64,000 bases of DNA from a virus (taxonomy: Duplodnaviria; Caudoviricetes), in the IMG/VR virus record IMGVR_UViG_3300028186_000155; one strand, given 5' to 3'. Every line of letters begins with the position of its first letter. Position 1 is the stretch's first letter. This document shows positions 9,652-19,020 of this stretch, piece by piece. The notes under the pieces are model-generated. The model was given only the letters and a program-made list of their open reading frames with translations. It did not search any database and was not told where the DNA came from. The position numbers and the translations under genes were made by a program.

Positions 9652-10041
9652 TCAGAGGCTTACTGGAATGCCCGCCGCAATTTCTGCGCGGCGAACGTCG
9701 TCCTGCGTCAGAGTTTTATGCAGGGTTTTTGTGACGAAGAAACAGAAAACGTCGCTGGCCTCAAGTTCACCGTTGGCCAACATTTCTTGCAGCGCTTGGT
9801 TGCCACGCTCGATCACGTTGGACACTGGATCGGGGATATAACGCCCGTCAATGTCGAAGGCTTCCAGCGTGGATGCCAGTTCGATTTCGGATTGCCCGTC
9901 AAACATTTTGCTGAAGAGTTTCACGGTGGCGCGATACTGATCCTCATGCCACGTTTTCGATTGCTGGCGTTTCAGGTTTGCATCACGCGCCGCTTCTACC
10001 GCCAGACGCAGATCGTCAACCGTTGGATTTTCTTTGCTCAT
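9652..10041 (-). CDS. hypothetical protein
   Basis: TAATG coupling. Confidence 0.75.
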   Translation of the reverse strand: MSKENPTVDDLRLAVEAARDANLKRQQSKTWHEDQYRATVKLFSKMFDGQSEIELASTLEAFDIDGRYIPDPVSNVIERGNQALQEMLANGELEASDVFCFFVTKTLHKTLTQDDVRRAEIAAGIPVSL

Positions 10042-10463
10042 TATCGGATTCCATAATCGTAGGCTTTCAACCGGCCTTGCCGGTCGTACCCAACTTGTGC
10101 ACAGTCCACGGAATCAACCCACACAGGCAGATTCCTTGGGCGTTTAACGTCATGGTGTAGGCGCTGCAAACGTTCCTGCATAACACAGCAGAAACCCATA
10201 AACTCGACACGACGGCTACGGGCCTTTGTAGGGCCACGGTGACGGCCTTCGTAATTGTTGTCAGCTTCGCCATTCAGGCTACGCGGAAACTTGAGCACAA
10301 AACCGCGACCGGTAGAGAACACCAGACGATTGCGCCCGGCGTCGATTGGCCTTCCGTATTTGCGGGCCAAAATCTGTAGGGCTTCGTCGGCCTTGGCGCT
10401 CAGTTCAGGATTATCTGCAAACACTTTAGGCAGCAAAATATATCGACCTACACCTCGATTCAT
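10041..10463 (-). CDS. minimal protein-kinase-like fold protein
   Basis: GRNRLV (Gly loop), VLK, NxxE, D-x-x-Q-V-G...G...YDYG in kinase subdomain order; start moved to MNRG. Confidence 0.55.
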   Translation of the reverse strand: MNRGVGRYILLPKVFADNPELSAKADEALQILARKYGRPIDAGRNRLVFSTGRGFVLKFPRSLNGEADNNYEGRHRGPTKARSRRVEFMGFCCVMQERLQRLHHDVKRPRNLPVWVDSVDCAQVGYDRQGRLKAYDYGIR

Positions 10464-10464
10464 T

Positions 10465-11217
10465 TTAGTGCACCACGTGGCCCGGAACGTTGAGACGAAC
10501 CAGCGTGCGCTCGCAGTCGAACGCCACTGGCAGCGATTCATGGATAAACGAAACGTTACCCTGATAAACACGATTTGGCAGCATGATGATTTCTTGCATG
10601 TGGCTCAGGTCCAAATGCGTCACATCACCACCAATCGAAATCGGCCCGTCGAATTCCCCGATCAAGCCGCGACTCGCGCAAACGTTGGTCGCCAAAATGA
10701 TCGATTCGGGTTTGTCGTTGATATCGAAATACCAGCTAGGCGTCGGTGTATCCCAACGGCCTTTCAGGTAGGCGCTACGGTGCCCTTGGTGGCCACCAAT
10801 AGCTGCGATGGAACCGTGACGCGGTTGCGGATTGCTTGGGCCGTGGAAAGGTCGGGAAGGCTGGCCACCACCGTGCGCTGATTTGGTCATGTGAGAACCA
10901 CCGCCGTGACCGGGTTCTGGTGCAGGTTTAGAACCGTGCCCGCCACCACCGTGCGCCTGAATCATTGGGTGCCAATAACCATCGACGTGCAGGCCGGGGC
11001 GACGGTGCGTGACATTGGCCTTCACCGCTTTCTGATCGATCATCAAATAAATCGGCCCGTCAGTATCGACGCCGACCAACATTTGATCCACGGTTTCTTG
11101 CCAGCGTTTCAGGCTTTCAGGCAAACCCTGTTCCATGCGAAATTCGTGCATGTAAACACGCTCGCCCAAAAACGCAGGGAAATCTACAGAACCAACTTCA
11201 CGTGCTACTGAAATCAT
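10465..11217 (-). CDS. 2OG-Fe(II) dioxygenase-like protein with His/Gly-rich insert
   Basis: RRPGLHVDG (HxD) ... FIHESLP (distal H) ... RTLVRL. Confidence 0.65.
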   Translation of the reverse strand: MISVAREVGSVDFPAFLGERVYMHEFRMEQGLPESLKRWQETVDQMLVGVDTDGPIYLMIDQKAVKANVTHRRPGLHVDGYWHPMIQAHGGGGHGSKPAPEPGHGGGSHMTKSAHGGGQPSRPFHGPSNPQPRHGSIAAIGGHQGHRSAYLKGRWDTPTPSWYFDINDKPESIILATNVCASRGLIGEFDGPISIGGDVTHLDLSHMQEIIMLPNRVYQGNVSFIHESLPVAFDCERTLVRLNVPGHVVH

Positions 11218-11444
11218 TTCTTTTTCCTTGATTGTTGCCGCATTTTCTTTTTGATTTTGCGCTTTGCTCGCAGCTTTCTGGCACCGGGGCAGCCGTAACC
11301 GATCCGGTTAGAATTGCGCCCCGCTGTTCCACCAATTTCCCAGCGTGGTGAACTTTCGGTGATTACCTTGGGCATTGCAGATTGTGCCATCTGCGCAGCC
11401 AACGCCAGCGCCGAGAAATGCCCAAGGATGGAAACGCGCTTCAC
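11214..11444 (-). CDS. small basic protein, KKMRQQSRKKK-tail family
   Basis: Lys/Arg-rich C-terminus shared with 13084..13320. Confidence 0.7.
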   Translation of the reverse strand: MKRVSILGHFSALALAAQMAQSAMPKVITESSPRWEIGGTAGRNSNRIGYGCPGARKLRAKRKIKKKMRQQSRKKK

Positions 11445-11671
11445 AGCAGCGCCTCAGCCGATGCAATCACAGGAATAAAACTCGCAGGAACATTCACGTT
11501 GTTATTTAACAGTCCGGCTTGTTCGTTGGCTGTGCCTTCATGTCGCCAGTGCATTGCGTATTTCCCCTTGGGAGTAGTGACCACAACTGACTGCGCAATT
11601 TTGGCCACGTATTCACCAGAACGATTCTCGCGAATCAGCCACATGGTTTCTGTTTTCTGTTCGTTACTCAC
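11441..11671 (-). CDS. hypothetical protein
   Basis: GTGA coupling; resembles C-terminal module of 11668..12312. Confidence 0.65.
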   Translation of the reverse strand: MSNEQKTETMWLIRENRSGEYVAKIAQSVVVTTPKGKYAMHWRHEGTANEQAGLLNNNVNVPASFIPVIASAEALL

Positions 11672-12312
11672 CGGAAAGCCCGCCCTGTTACCTCGCCTTT
11701 GTTGCCAGCGTGAAGCAAAACGACCGTGATCCCGTAGCGTGTCGATTGCGGCCCTCGCAGCGAATCACGAACTTGCAACGCCAAATCACGCCCGGTAATC
11801 AGCATTGCACGGTCCAACGATTCATCGGTGCGGATATCCGGGCCAACCAGCGCAGTGATGTAGCGATTGTGGTGATTGTCGCAAATCGCGTACAGCGCTG
11901 TGTCTTCTGCTTCTGGCTCTGCTTCTTTTTCGAAGGCTGGGCGACGGAAATTATATTCACCTTCAGCGCTACCCGGCACGCGTACAAAACCGTTACGCAG
12001 CAAAACTTCGCGCAGCATTTCGTTGTGCACCTGATCTACCCACATGGCGTCGTAGCCCAGTGTGTGACACTGCGCAACAAAGTGCACCAGAAAATCACGG
12101 AACAAACCTTGCCCGCGTTTTGCTGGGTCTACATCGACACGGGACAGCACCATTGCGTTTTCCCACACGTTGGTGCCGGGCACTATGCGATTGTTGGCCC
12201 GCACGTAAACCACAATGCCTTCCTCGCTCACAAACTCTTTCGAGCGTGGGAATTTCTGGCCTTTGCGTTCCTCGAAAAACGCGTAGAGTTCTTGGTAGAA
12301 TTTATGGCTCAT
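11668..12312 (-). CDS. GNAT-family acetyltransferase with C-terminal extra module
   Basis: VLSRVDVDPAKRGQGLF motif A; NEMLREVLLRNGF. Confidence 0.75.
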   Translation of the reverse strand: MSHKFYQELYAFFEERKGQKFPRSKEFVSEEGIVVYVRANNRIVPGTNVWENAMVLSRVDVDPAKRGQGLFRDFLVHFVAQCHTLGYDAMWVDQVHNEMLREVLLRNGFVRVPGSAEGEYNFRRPAFEKEAEPEAEDTALYAICDNHHNRYITALVGPDIRTDESLDRAMLITGRDLALQVRDSLRGPQSTRYGITVVLLHAGNKGEVTGRAFR

Positions 12313-12890
12313 ATTTCACCTCGCTGTTGTGCCTTCAGCACCTTTTGCAAAAATGCCCGTTTCCGGCGTTGTAGGATTACCCGCACCGCGTCACCGTAAT
12401 AAGGCTGCGGCAGGTCTTTCAATTTCCCGGCCCGCGCCAATTCGGCGTTGGTGTCTTTGAGTTCCTTTTCCCCGAACGTGCAGTCAGGAACGAAAATCAG
12501 ATTGCGTTCGAAGAAATGTTCCGATCCGGGGTAGCCTTCGTAAGCACTGATAACGCGCCGGTCGTAATTCTCGAAATCACGCAGGCGGCTGATCAACGCA
12601 GAACCTACGCCCTGCCTGCGATTTTCCGGTTTCACGTAAAGCTGAATGTGGCTGCGGTTTATTTCGTAAACCAGCGCCCCGTAAAACGTCCAGTGTGGGA
12701 AATATGCGCTGCCCTTTTCCAACTCACAGGCAACCACCACCAAAACCTTGCGGCCCTTATTGGTGCCGGTTTCGGCCACACGTTCCCACACGCCCAGCAG
12801 TTCGTCGCCACGATCATCGTAGATGCGCTGGTGCAGCAGCTGTTTGGCCAGACTACGCAAATCGTTTCCCTGATAAACCACGTAGCGCAT
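12309..12890 (-). CDS. GNAT-family acetyltransferase
   Basis: LYVKPENRRQGVGSALI motif A; start moved to MRYVVY (TAATG, GGAAG SD). Confidence 0.75.
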   Translation of the reverse strand: MRYVVYQGNDLRSLAKQLLHQRIYDDRGDELLGVWERVAETGTNKGRKVLVVVACELEKGSAYFPHWTFYGALVYEINRSHIQLYVKPENRRQGVGSALISRLRDFENYDRRVISAYEGYPGSEHFFERNLIFVPDCTFGEKELKDTNAELARAGKLKDLPQPYYGDAVRVILQRRKRAFLQKVLKAQQRGEI

Positions 12891-13087
12891 TAACGCTTCC
12901 TCGCCTTGCGTGCTGCCTTGTTTTTGACTTTGCGTTTTGCACGTGCCTTGGCGGCACCCGGTGCACCGCGCCCGCTGGTGGTGATACGGCCCGGATGTGG
13001 ATAGCCAGCAGGGTGTAGCAGCTTGCCAACTTCCTTGCCGATTTTTGCCGTGGTGGTCATCATTTGCATTGCTTGGGTCAGCGTCAC
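12890..13087 (-). CDS. small basic protein
   Basis: PGAAKARAKRKVKNKAARKARKR tail, similar to 11214..11444. Confidence 0.65.
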   Translation of the reverse strand: MTLTQAMQMMTTTAKIGKEVGKLLHPAGYPHPGRITTSGRGAPGAAKARAKRKVKNKAARKARKR

Positions 13088-13320
13088 TTTTTCTTCCTCG
13101 ATTGCTGGCGCATTTTCTTACGCGCTTTGCGTTTGTCCTTGGCCTTTTGTGCCTTGCGCATTTCGTCAATGCCGATTGGTTGAGGGGCGCGGCTGTCGTA
13201 ACCGGGTAGACTGGCACCAGCACGCATAATACGCGTGTCGCCCATAAGACGTTCACGGGTGGTCGGTGGCATGCGTTCCAGTTCGCTGCTCATGAGTGCA
13301 TCAAACAAATCATTTTTCAT
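13084..13320 (-). CDS. small basic protein, KKMRQQSRKKK-tail family
   Basis: C-terminal 11 aa identical to 11214..11444. Confidence 0.7.
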   Translation of the reverse strand: MKNDLFDALMSSELERMPPTTRERLMGDTRIMRAGASLPGYDSRAPQPIGIDEMRKAQKAKDKRKARKKMRQQSRKKK

Positions 13321-14050
13321 TGGCAGGCCTCGCTTCGTTGCTAACAGGAATATCGTGGGTCAGGATGTACACATACGGCATACGGAAACTTTTGCCACGC
13401 GTTTTGATTGTCACTTGATTTGGCAGCAGGCTGCTAATCGGTCCATCAAGGGCTTTCATACCGAAAATGCTTTTGCACGAACGCCCGTTGATAATGGTCG
13501 CCAGTTTCAGCGTTTCGCCAATGTGCAATTCATTGTCAATTTCGGTCGAGTAGTGGGCCGGGCGATTCATCACCGAATACACCAGCTTGAGGAACGTGGC
13601 GTTTGGTGCAAAATAGATATCGTGTTCCAGATCGTGCCACAGGCAATAGGAGCCACGCGGCTGCATAGGGACCGCCAACTGGTGGCGCCCTTCGAAAACG
13701 TCTTGTAGGCCCGCGCTAATGGCTTCAGGGCCTCCCAAGGATTCGAGTGTGCTGGTGCGCAGCAAAGCGTACAGCTTGCGCCCCTGCATGAATGGGGTCA
13801 TATAACGAACGTCGCCGGGGTGGCGGTATTCGTCCGGTTCGAAACGTGGACGGCAATTCAGAACCACAAGCGAATAGGGTTCTTTTTCCAGCATATCGCG
13901 TTGTGTACGCATCCAGCTGAAACCCACGGCGCCACAGTCATATTCGCTGCTGCCCATGATATCGTAGTTAACCAGTTCGGTAAGGCCTTGGCCGCGTTTG
14001 AGTTCGTCATAGCGGAAGGCGGCGCGGTGAATCAGTCGTGGTCGGTACAT
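13310..14050 (-). CDS. hypothetical protein
   Basis: 246 aa; AAGGA SD; MGSSEYDCGA motif. Confidence 0.75.
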   Translation of the reverse strand: MYRPRLIHRAAFRYDELKRGQGLTELVNYDIMGSSEYDCGAVGFSWMRTQRDMLEKEPYSLVVLNCRPRFEPDEYRHPGDVRYMTPFMQGRKLYALLRTSTLESLGGPEAISAGLQDVFEGRHQLAVPMQPRGSYCLWHDLEHDIYFAPNATFLKLVYSVMNRPAHYSTEIDNELHIGETLKLATIINGRSCKSIFGMKALDGPISSLLPNQVTIKTRGKSFRMPYVYILTHDIPVSNEARPANEK

Positions 14051-14065
14051 TTTGATGGTCCTTGA

Positions 14066-14485
14066 TTAAGGTCGTTTTTGATCGGTGGCTGAATCGTCAG
14101 GTATTTCAATTTCGTCATCGTCTTCGAGGTCTTCTGGATCGATAGGCGTTGACGGTACAACAGTTGTGAATTTTCCACGGATAATCCAGCGGCCATATCC
14201 GAGGAACTGATCGCCGTGAACGGAGGTCAGAGATTCGCCTGCGCTCCAGCCCATGAAATGCCACCACGAATTAAAGAACCAGCGAAAACGAAATTTGTGC
14301 TGGGTGTTGCGGTAGGTGGCGCACTTGCGTTTGAAGCGATGGAAATCGATTGCCAGCACGAAACCTTTGACAATTTCCAACAGGAACATTCCCAGCGTGC
14401 ACAGCAGGGCCAGCGTAACAAGGGTGCCGCATAGCATTAGCCAACCATGCAGCCAAGGTTTATCGGCCAGATAATCGAATAGCAT
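14066..14485 (-). CDS. membrane protein
   Basis: N-terminal TM, acidic tail. Confidence 0.7.
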   Translation of the reverse strand: MLFDYLADKPWLHGWLMLCGTLVTLALLCTLGMFLLEIVKGFVLAIDFHRFKRKCATYRNTQHKFRFRWFFNSWWHFMGWSAGESLTSVHGDQFLGYGRWIIRGKFTTVVPSTPIDPEDLEDDDEIEIPDDSATDQKRP

Positions 14486-14488
14486 GGC

Positions 14489-14806
14489 TCAACCCTCTTT
14501 GCTTGGGATTGTGTTCGGGTGCTGGTTCACCGATTGAATGTTGAACCGTTCTTGCCGAATGATCGCGTCGGGGTCAAACGTCGGGTCAGGGTGTTTGATG
14601 TAGGACATAAAGCGCTCTACAGCCACCACCGGGATCGTTTCACCAAAAGGGATTTTGTCGGTGCAAACCAAAATCTTTTCGATGGTAGCTTTGCGCAATC
14701 GCGCTTCGCGGTCGTTGAACTGTTTGCGCCAGATGTAGGCGAACACCATCAGCAGGAACACGAAGCCCGGCCCTACCACGATTAGGTCTTTCTGGAACTC
14801 AGTCAT
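14489..14806 (-). CDS. single-TM membrane protein
   Basis: N-terminal hydrophobic helix followed by WRKQ. Confidence 0.7.
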   Translation of the reverse strand: MTEFQKDLIVVGPGFVFLLMVFAYIWRKQFNDREARLRKATIEKILVCTDKIPFGETIPVVAVERFMSYIKHPDPTFDPDAIIRQERFNIQSVNQHPNTIPSKEG

Positions 14807-14827
14807 TTTTCATTGTACCTATGTGGA

Positions 14828-14852
14828 AGGGGGGACCGATATGGCTCCCCCT
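14828..14852 (-). terminator. GC-rich hairpin after stop of 14858 gene (weak terminator-like)
   Basis: GGGGGA...TCCCCC stem; poor U tract. Confidence 0.4.
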
Positions 14853-14857
14853 AGAAT

Positions 14858-15862
14858 TTACGCAGTGCGTTGTTTGCGGCGCATATCGGCGGCTTGTCGC
14901 TTGGAAATGCCGTCCGGGTAGCCGGGGCCTGCGACGATACGCTTATCATCGATCAGGATATTTACCGGGGTGCCCAGCAGGTCTTCCAACGCGTCTTCGC
15001 AGTGCTGCGCCGTGCGTCTATTTTCCACCAGCTTTTGCAGGAATTCACGCAGTGTCGATTCGTTCAGGTGTTCAAACTTGAACGGGGTTTCCGGTTTCTC
15101 TTCGTCTTCAATCCCTTCGGAATCAGGATCGACGGTAATGAGTGTTTCCACGCCCAATTCGGACGTGATCAGGTTTTCCAGATCCTCTTCAAGGATCATC
15201 CACGTGAAGCTGTTTTCGAGTTCTTTCAATTGCGCCTGCACCAGCTGAATGCGGCGGTATTTTTCGAAACACTCGTAAACGTATTCACGATGGTTGAGGG
15301 TAACGTCATCCTCGGCAATCATCCGCGCAATCTTGCACATCACATCAGGCCATTCCTGATCCAGCTGCATTTCGTGGCGGATGTGATCGATGCAGGCCAC
15401 CAGCGGGCCACGCAGCGTGACAGATTTGCTCGGGTTTTTATGCTCATGCAGAATTTGCACGCGCTCGCCCGTGAGTTCGAAAATCACAGCTTCGACGGTT
15501 TCGATGCGGTACGTGGTGAAGTCCTGCATCCCATAATCGCAAAGCTGCTTTTCGTTTTCCAGCCGGTCAGCAGCACGCGGTTTGTGGCCATGCTGTGTAT
15601 CACCCTCCAGCCATTCGCTGCGGAAATAGGCACCGAGCGATTCGTCGCCTTCCATCCATTTGGAAACCGACAGCATTTCGTCAATGACCGCGTGCCACGT
15701 CTGCAACTTCCAATCGTTGGTATCGAGTTCAACGCCCGGTGCTTCCAAAAGAGCGCCGCCATGCGCGGTTGCGTTGTGAACCGCAATCATGAATTTGCGC
15801 GGACCCATATCGACCAACATTTGGCCGACCAGCTTTTCCGCCAACTCTAAGCGCTTGCCCAT
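14858..15862 (-). CDS. hypothetical acidic protein
   Basis: 334 aa; first gene after leader cassette copy 1. Confidence 0.75.
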   Translation of the reverse strand: MGKRLELAEKLVGQMLVDMGPRKFMIAVHNATAHGGALLEAPGVELDTNDWKLQTWHAVIDEMLSVSKWMEGDESLGAYFRSEWLEGDTQHGHKPRAADRLENEKQLCDYGMQDFTTYRIETVEAVIFELTGERVQILHEHKNPSKSVTLRGPLVACIDHIRHEMQLDQEWPDVMCKIARMIAEDDVTLNHREYVYECFEKYRRIQLVQAQLKELENSFTWMILEEDLENLITSELGVETLITVDPDSEGIEDEEKPETPFKFEHLNESTLREFLQKLVENRRTAQHCEDALEDLLGTPVNILIDDKRIVAGPGYPDGISKRQAADMRRKQRTA

Positions 15863-15866
15863 TCTC

Positions 15867-15952
15867 AAACTTCCTTAATTGCGTGAGTGTGAATGTAACG
15901 GCCATAGCAAAGGCCAGCCGCCACACTACCATTCGTCGGGTTGCCTTGTCAA
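15867..15952 (-). promoter_or_regulatory. sigma70-type promoter + hairpin + conserved leader, copy 1
   Basis: TTGACA-N18-TAGTGT; leader ACACTCACGCAATTAAGGAAGTTT. Confidence 0.75.
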
Positions 15953-15960
15953 TCAGGCGG

Positions 15961-16260
15961 TTAGCCCGCGTAGCACTGGCGCAGGGCCACAGCGGGGCTA
16001 TCGGTCGTTACGCGTATGCAGGTGCCCGTATCTGCATAGAAGCGGCTAACGGTGTTCCCTAGCGTGCCTTTGGCGTGCTGGATCAACGCCTTTTGCTTGC
16101 CGTTGAACCACACGGCCAGATCCCAGCTGTGAACGGCCTCGGTGACGCTCACAATGAAACCGCGTTCAATTGCAGCCCGTTCGGTTTGCTTGATTACGTG
16201 CGGTGCACTGTCTGGCGTTTTATTCGGGGTTGGTGCCTTCGGTTTTGATTGGCGTGCCAT
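15961..16260 (-). CDS. hypothetical protein
   Basis: GAGGA SD. Confidence 0.7.
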   Translation of the reverse strand: MARQSKPKAPTPNKTPDSAPHVIKQTERAAIERGFIVSVTEAVHSWDLAVWFNGKQKALIQHAKGTLGNTVSRFYADTGTCIRVTTDSPAVALRQCYAG

Positions 16261-16771
16261 ATTCGGTTTCCTCTACGTTCCTCATTGCCCTAATAAATTC
16301 GGGGCGTATCTCACTCAGTGCCTTAACAAAATAGGCCTGTTCAATATCTCCCACGAAATGCCCGATCATAAATGACCCGTCGCCCTGTACTTCGATATTG
16401 AGATAGCTGGTGCTGCCTTTGGAAATGTGGGCAATTTCGATTTCACCACAACTGCCCATGAACAACAGCGGGTGATTGATTCCATGCTGGCGCAAATACT
16501 CGATAACCTGAAGGGCTTCGGCCACCGTTTTTTGATCGGGTGCGCCTTTGGCACTGCCGCCATCCCAACCGGGTTCACTGGTCAGAAATAATTCCAACCG
16601 TTCCCATTGCGTGCTACTTAGCGAAATAGTCTGCGGGCTGTTCAAGGTATTCAACCTTTTCTTTGAGTTCGCGGATGTACGCGTTCTTTTCTGCCAGCAG
16701 CTGTTCCAGATGGATAGCGTGCTGGCGCTGGCGTTCGTAACGGGCTTTCCAACGGTGGTGTGCCCGCACAA
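16220..16771 (-). CDS. hypothetical protein (true start probably near 16650)
   Basis: C-terminal part protein-like (EPGWDGGSA...); N-terminus overlaps neighbour. Confidence 0.55.
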   Translation of the reverse strand: MCGHTTVGKPVTNASASTLSIWNSCWQKRTRTSANSKKRLNTLNSPQTISLSSTQWERLELFLTSEPGWDGGSAKGAPDQKTVAEALQVIEYLRQHGINHPLLFMGSCGEIEIAHISKGSTSYLNIEVQGDGSFMIGHFVGDIEQAYFVKALSEIRPEFIRAMRNVEETEYGTPIKTEGTNPE

Positions 16772-16883
16772 AACGGGCGTTCATTTTATCCCAAATATGA
16801 TCGCCGGGCGCTTTGCTCAACAGACGCGCTGCGCGCATGATCATGGCGACCGAGGTAGAACGCCCGTGGTAATGAGTTTTCAT
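16614..16883 (-). CDS. hypothetical coiled-coil protein
   Basis: ATGA coupling, GAGG SD. Confidence 0.65.
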   Translation of the reverse strand: MKTHYHGRSTSVAMIMRAARLLSKAPGDHIWDKMNARFVRAHHRWKARYERQRQHAIHLEQLLAEKNAYIRELKEKVEYLEQPADYFAK

Positions 16884-17704
16884 CGTTCTAGTGCCTCGCA
16901 TTGTTCGGCCCACGTTTGCGGCTGTCCCATCAGGCGAGCCAGCATACCGCTCAAGAATTCACGATGTTCATCCTGTTTGAAGTCCACCATTTTCGGGAAT
17001 TGGAAAGCAACCAATTGATCCCATACCCATTTGGCGAAATCCTCTTCTTTCTGGTTGGTTTCCGGCTGCATGGCCCAATCATACAGACGCATGACCGTTG
17101 CATATTCCTCGATGTGTTCCATACGGGATTCCACACCATGATATTGCTCGATGTGGACAACCGGCATGCCCCCGCGCCGCTCGCTCAGTGCACGCAGTTG
17201 CAGCGCAATAAACATGTAGCGGAATGTTTGGCGGCGTCTTTTTGCAGGATCGATGTGTTTTACTGCGTGCATGGAGCCAATGACGGAACGGTACATTTCA
17301 CGCGGGTCAAAACAGCGATCAACCACAGATTGCAAATGGACACGCCAGTTGCAGGTCGAGTCGTGGTAGCCGAATGGAGTGTAGATCGTTTCGTAGGCCA
17401 CCAATTCAGAACGCGCCAGCTTACGCAGGAATTTTTGTGCCGAAAAAACACGCACATCACATTCCTTGCCCATGAACATCATTTTGCCGCTGAACGAATC
17501 GCGCGGCCAGCGGAAATAATCGTAATCTACATCGTGGCCAACAATCGTGAAATCGTGATCGGAATCTTCGACATTGGTGCCCCATGCCATGCTGCCGGTT
17601 TCGCTGATCAGCAGCGGTTGAATTCCCAGCTGTTCCACTTCGACCACAAGCTGATACATTTGGTCTTCGGTCAACGGCGATTTGATGTGTGGTTTGATCG
17701 TCAT
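16880..17704 (-). CDS. DNA polymerase beta superfamily nucleotidyltransferase (YcgL/RlaP-like)
   Basis: [18 protein letters not shown] = GS...DxD signature; start at MTIKPH (ATGA overlap). Confidence 0.75.
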   Translation of the reverse strand: MTIKPHIKSPLTEDQMYQLVVEVEQLGIQPLLISETGSMAWGTNVEDSDHDFTIVGHDVDYDYFRWPRDSFSGKMMFMGKECDVRVFSAQKFLRKLARSELVAYETIYTPFGYHDSTCNWRVHLQSVVDRCFDPREMYRSVIGSMHAVKHIDPAKRRRQTFRYMFIALQLRALSERRGGMPVVHIEQYHGVESRMEHIEEYATVMRLYDWAMQPETNQKEEDFAKWVWDQLVAFQFPKMVDFKQDEHREFLSGMLARLMGQPQTWAEQCEALER

Positions 17705-18051
17705 TCTTCTTTCACCGTTTGCAACGTCATTTTCGGGAACACTGCTGCCAGCGCCGCGTAGGCCGCTAGGCTTGAATGTCTTGAGGCCATACGCGATTTG
17801 ACCGAGGTCAGATTTCCCTTTTCGTCCACTTGGAAAATTTCTTCCGCTGGATTCCGGTACGCGGCTGGAATCGTTTCGCATTCCAGTTTGATGGCGACGT
17901 AGCCCTGCACTTTGAACGCATTGTCCACCAGATACGCGATGTACCGGTGCAGCTGTTCGGGCGTCACAATTTTCTTCGAGTGAAGGGCCGCCAGTTCCGC
18001 AATCTTTCGTAGGGATGCCGCGTGCGGATAAAGCAGCACATAATTGTTCAT
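17701..18051 (-). CDS. hypothetical protein
   Basis: GAGGA SD; ATGA coupling to the nucleotidyltransferase. Confidence 0.65.
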   Translation of the reverse strand: MNNYVLLYPHAASLRKIAELAALHSKKIVTPEQLHRYIAYLVDNAFKVQGYVAIKLECETIPAAYRNPAEEIFQVDEKGNLTSVKSRMASRHSSLAAYAALAAVFPKMTLQTVKEE

Positions 18052-18195
18052 TTTTCGGTTCCTCTTTCGGAATCAATCTAACGTCTTCGACAACGATCCA
18101 GCCGTACCAGCGCTTGGAAATGGAATAGGTGCCGTTGCCACCGTTATCGTTTAGGCGCCTCATTTCACGGACGGCACTTTCGTAACTGAACAGCA

Positions 18196-19020
18196 TCAGT
18201 CTTTATCGAGGTCGATGTGGAAATAACGGCACAGGCCTTCCAACGAACCTTTGTGCTGAATTACTTCTTTTTCATCGCCCAGTAACGTGAAGTGCGCCAC
18301 CAGCTGATCATGTGGTTCCGAAATCGGGAACGGATCTACAATGGCCACCAGATTGGCTACGCTGATCGCACCGTCAACCATGACTGCGCGGCAGGATTCT
18401 CTGGTCAGTTTGCGAATTTCCGGCGAGTCTACGTGAATGGCCATCATCCAGATATCGCTAACGGTGTAAATTCCGTCGCGGAAATCTTCGTAGCCTTCCG
18501 AGTCTGGCGCCACTTTGAAAATGTGGACCGCTGCGCCTTCACCGTCCAGCGAAGGGCCGACATATTCCAGACGCATACCCACAAACAAATCGACGTAGTT
18601 TTCATCGATCATGTTGAAGGCGCGAACCTCACGGCCAACTATGTAACGCTGCTGGGTCAGACGCAGCATGGGGCGTGCGCACGTATCCGAGAAATTGTTG
18701 AGCAAAGTGCTCACCATATCGAACGGCCCCGGATTGGCATCGCGGGTTTGCAGCATGCTCGAATTGAGCGTGTTTTCGTCGGCATATCCTCGCGAAGAAA
18801 TACCCAGCGATTCGGAGTGGCCGTAGCACGTCACCGGATAGCCCGACGAACAGAAACCTGCGCCCACGACTTTTACGTCCTCAGTGGTCGTATCGTAGGT
18901 GCAGGCAATGCAGATTTGCATGTGTTCCGCAACGTCGGCGTGGGTCAGTGCATCATGGTGCATCAGGCCGACTTCGAACGTCATGTCGCTTTTGGTGATT
19001 TGGAAAATTTCGTATTTCAT
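18196..19020 (-). CDS. hypothetical protein
   Basis: 274 aa, ATGA coupling. Confidence 0.75.
   Translation of the reverse strand: MKYEIFQITKSDMTFEVGLMHHDALTHADVAEHMQICIACTYDTTTEDVKVVGAGFCSSGYPVTCYGHSESLGISSRGYADENTLNSSMLQTRDANPGPFDMVSTLLNNFSDTCARPMLRLTQQRYIVGREVRAFNMIDENYVDLFVGMRLEYVGPSLDGEGAAVHIFKVAPDSEGYEDFRDGIYTVSDIWMMAIHVDSPEIRKLTRESCRAVMVDGAISVANLVAIVDPFPISEPHDQLVAHFTLLGDEKEVIQHKGSLEGLCRYFHIDLDKD

Noticed and set aside
12890-13256. N-terminal extension of the 315-aa ORF 12309..13256
   Set aside because: Overlaps two better-supported small genes; GNAT start at 12890 has an SD and stop-start coupling
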